A model generated the notes under the pieces. It was not told the DNA's origin, did not search any database, and was given only the letters and a program-made list of their open reading frames with translations. Made by a program: the position numbers and the translations under genes. A DNA stretch of 63,796 nt, counting the filler, from Olpidium bornovanus S191 (lineage: Eukaryota > Fungi > Olpidiomycota): NCBI GenBank assembly GCA_017911155.1. It is 26 parts of 26 records of this genome, joined end to end, with 100 filler letters (N's around TTAATTAATTAA, not from the genome) between each part and the next. Parts side by side here need not be neighbours in the genome. Positions count along the whole stretch, not along the records: positions 60,436 to 63,796 come from JAEFCI010013394.1; 25 more parts are not named here. One strand, given 5' to 3'. Shown piece after piece: positions 63,769 to 63,796 of the stretch; position 1 is the stretch's first letter, and the number at the start of each line of letters is the position of its first letter.

Positions 63769-63796
63769 ACCCCCCCCCTCCCCCCCGCGCCCCCCC

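Overview
This window is not contiguous DNA. It is 26 short assembly contigs (1.1-6.3 kb) joined by 25 identical artificial 100-bp spacers (44 N + TTAATTAATTAA + 44 N), so adjacency across a spacer carries no biological meaning. The sequence is GC-rich, intron-rich and eukaryotic. Fungal-type genes (PKC1, SRO7, EMP24, VPS10, NOP9, a CBM21 PP1-targeting subunit) occur together with the axonemal gene ODAD4/TTC25, which points to a flagellated (zoosporic) fungus; Olpidium is a guess and cannot be shown from the sequence. Most genes are truncated by contig ends. Also present: Ty1/copia fragments (two with half-tRNAiMet primer-binding sites), a DIRS-like gag plus adenine-methylase fragment, a probable pogo end and a decayed tRNA-Asp. 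Best candidates for novelty: (1) a spliced gene fusing an SPX inositol-pyrophosphate sensor with an intact basic cluster to a bacterial-type ACT-ACT-phosphoserine phosphatase; (2) a secreted protein built from six consecutive, exactly 96-nt phase-0 exons, each one 32-aa repeat, followed by a second unrelated 32-aa repeat; (3) an AT-rich island encoding a TV-Pol-like viral polymerase cut off by a copia-like element; (4) a Dam-like methylase that follows gag directly with no RT/RNase H; (5) RAD18 with a SUKH/US22-like tail. All family calls come from motif recognition by eye; no database searches were run.
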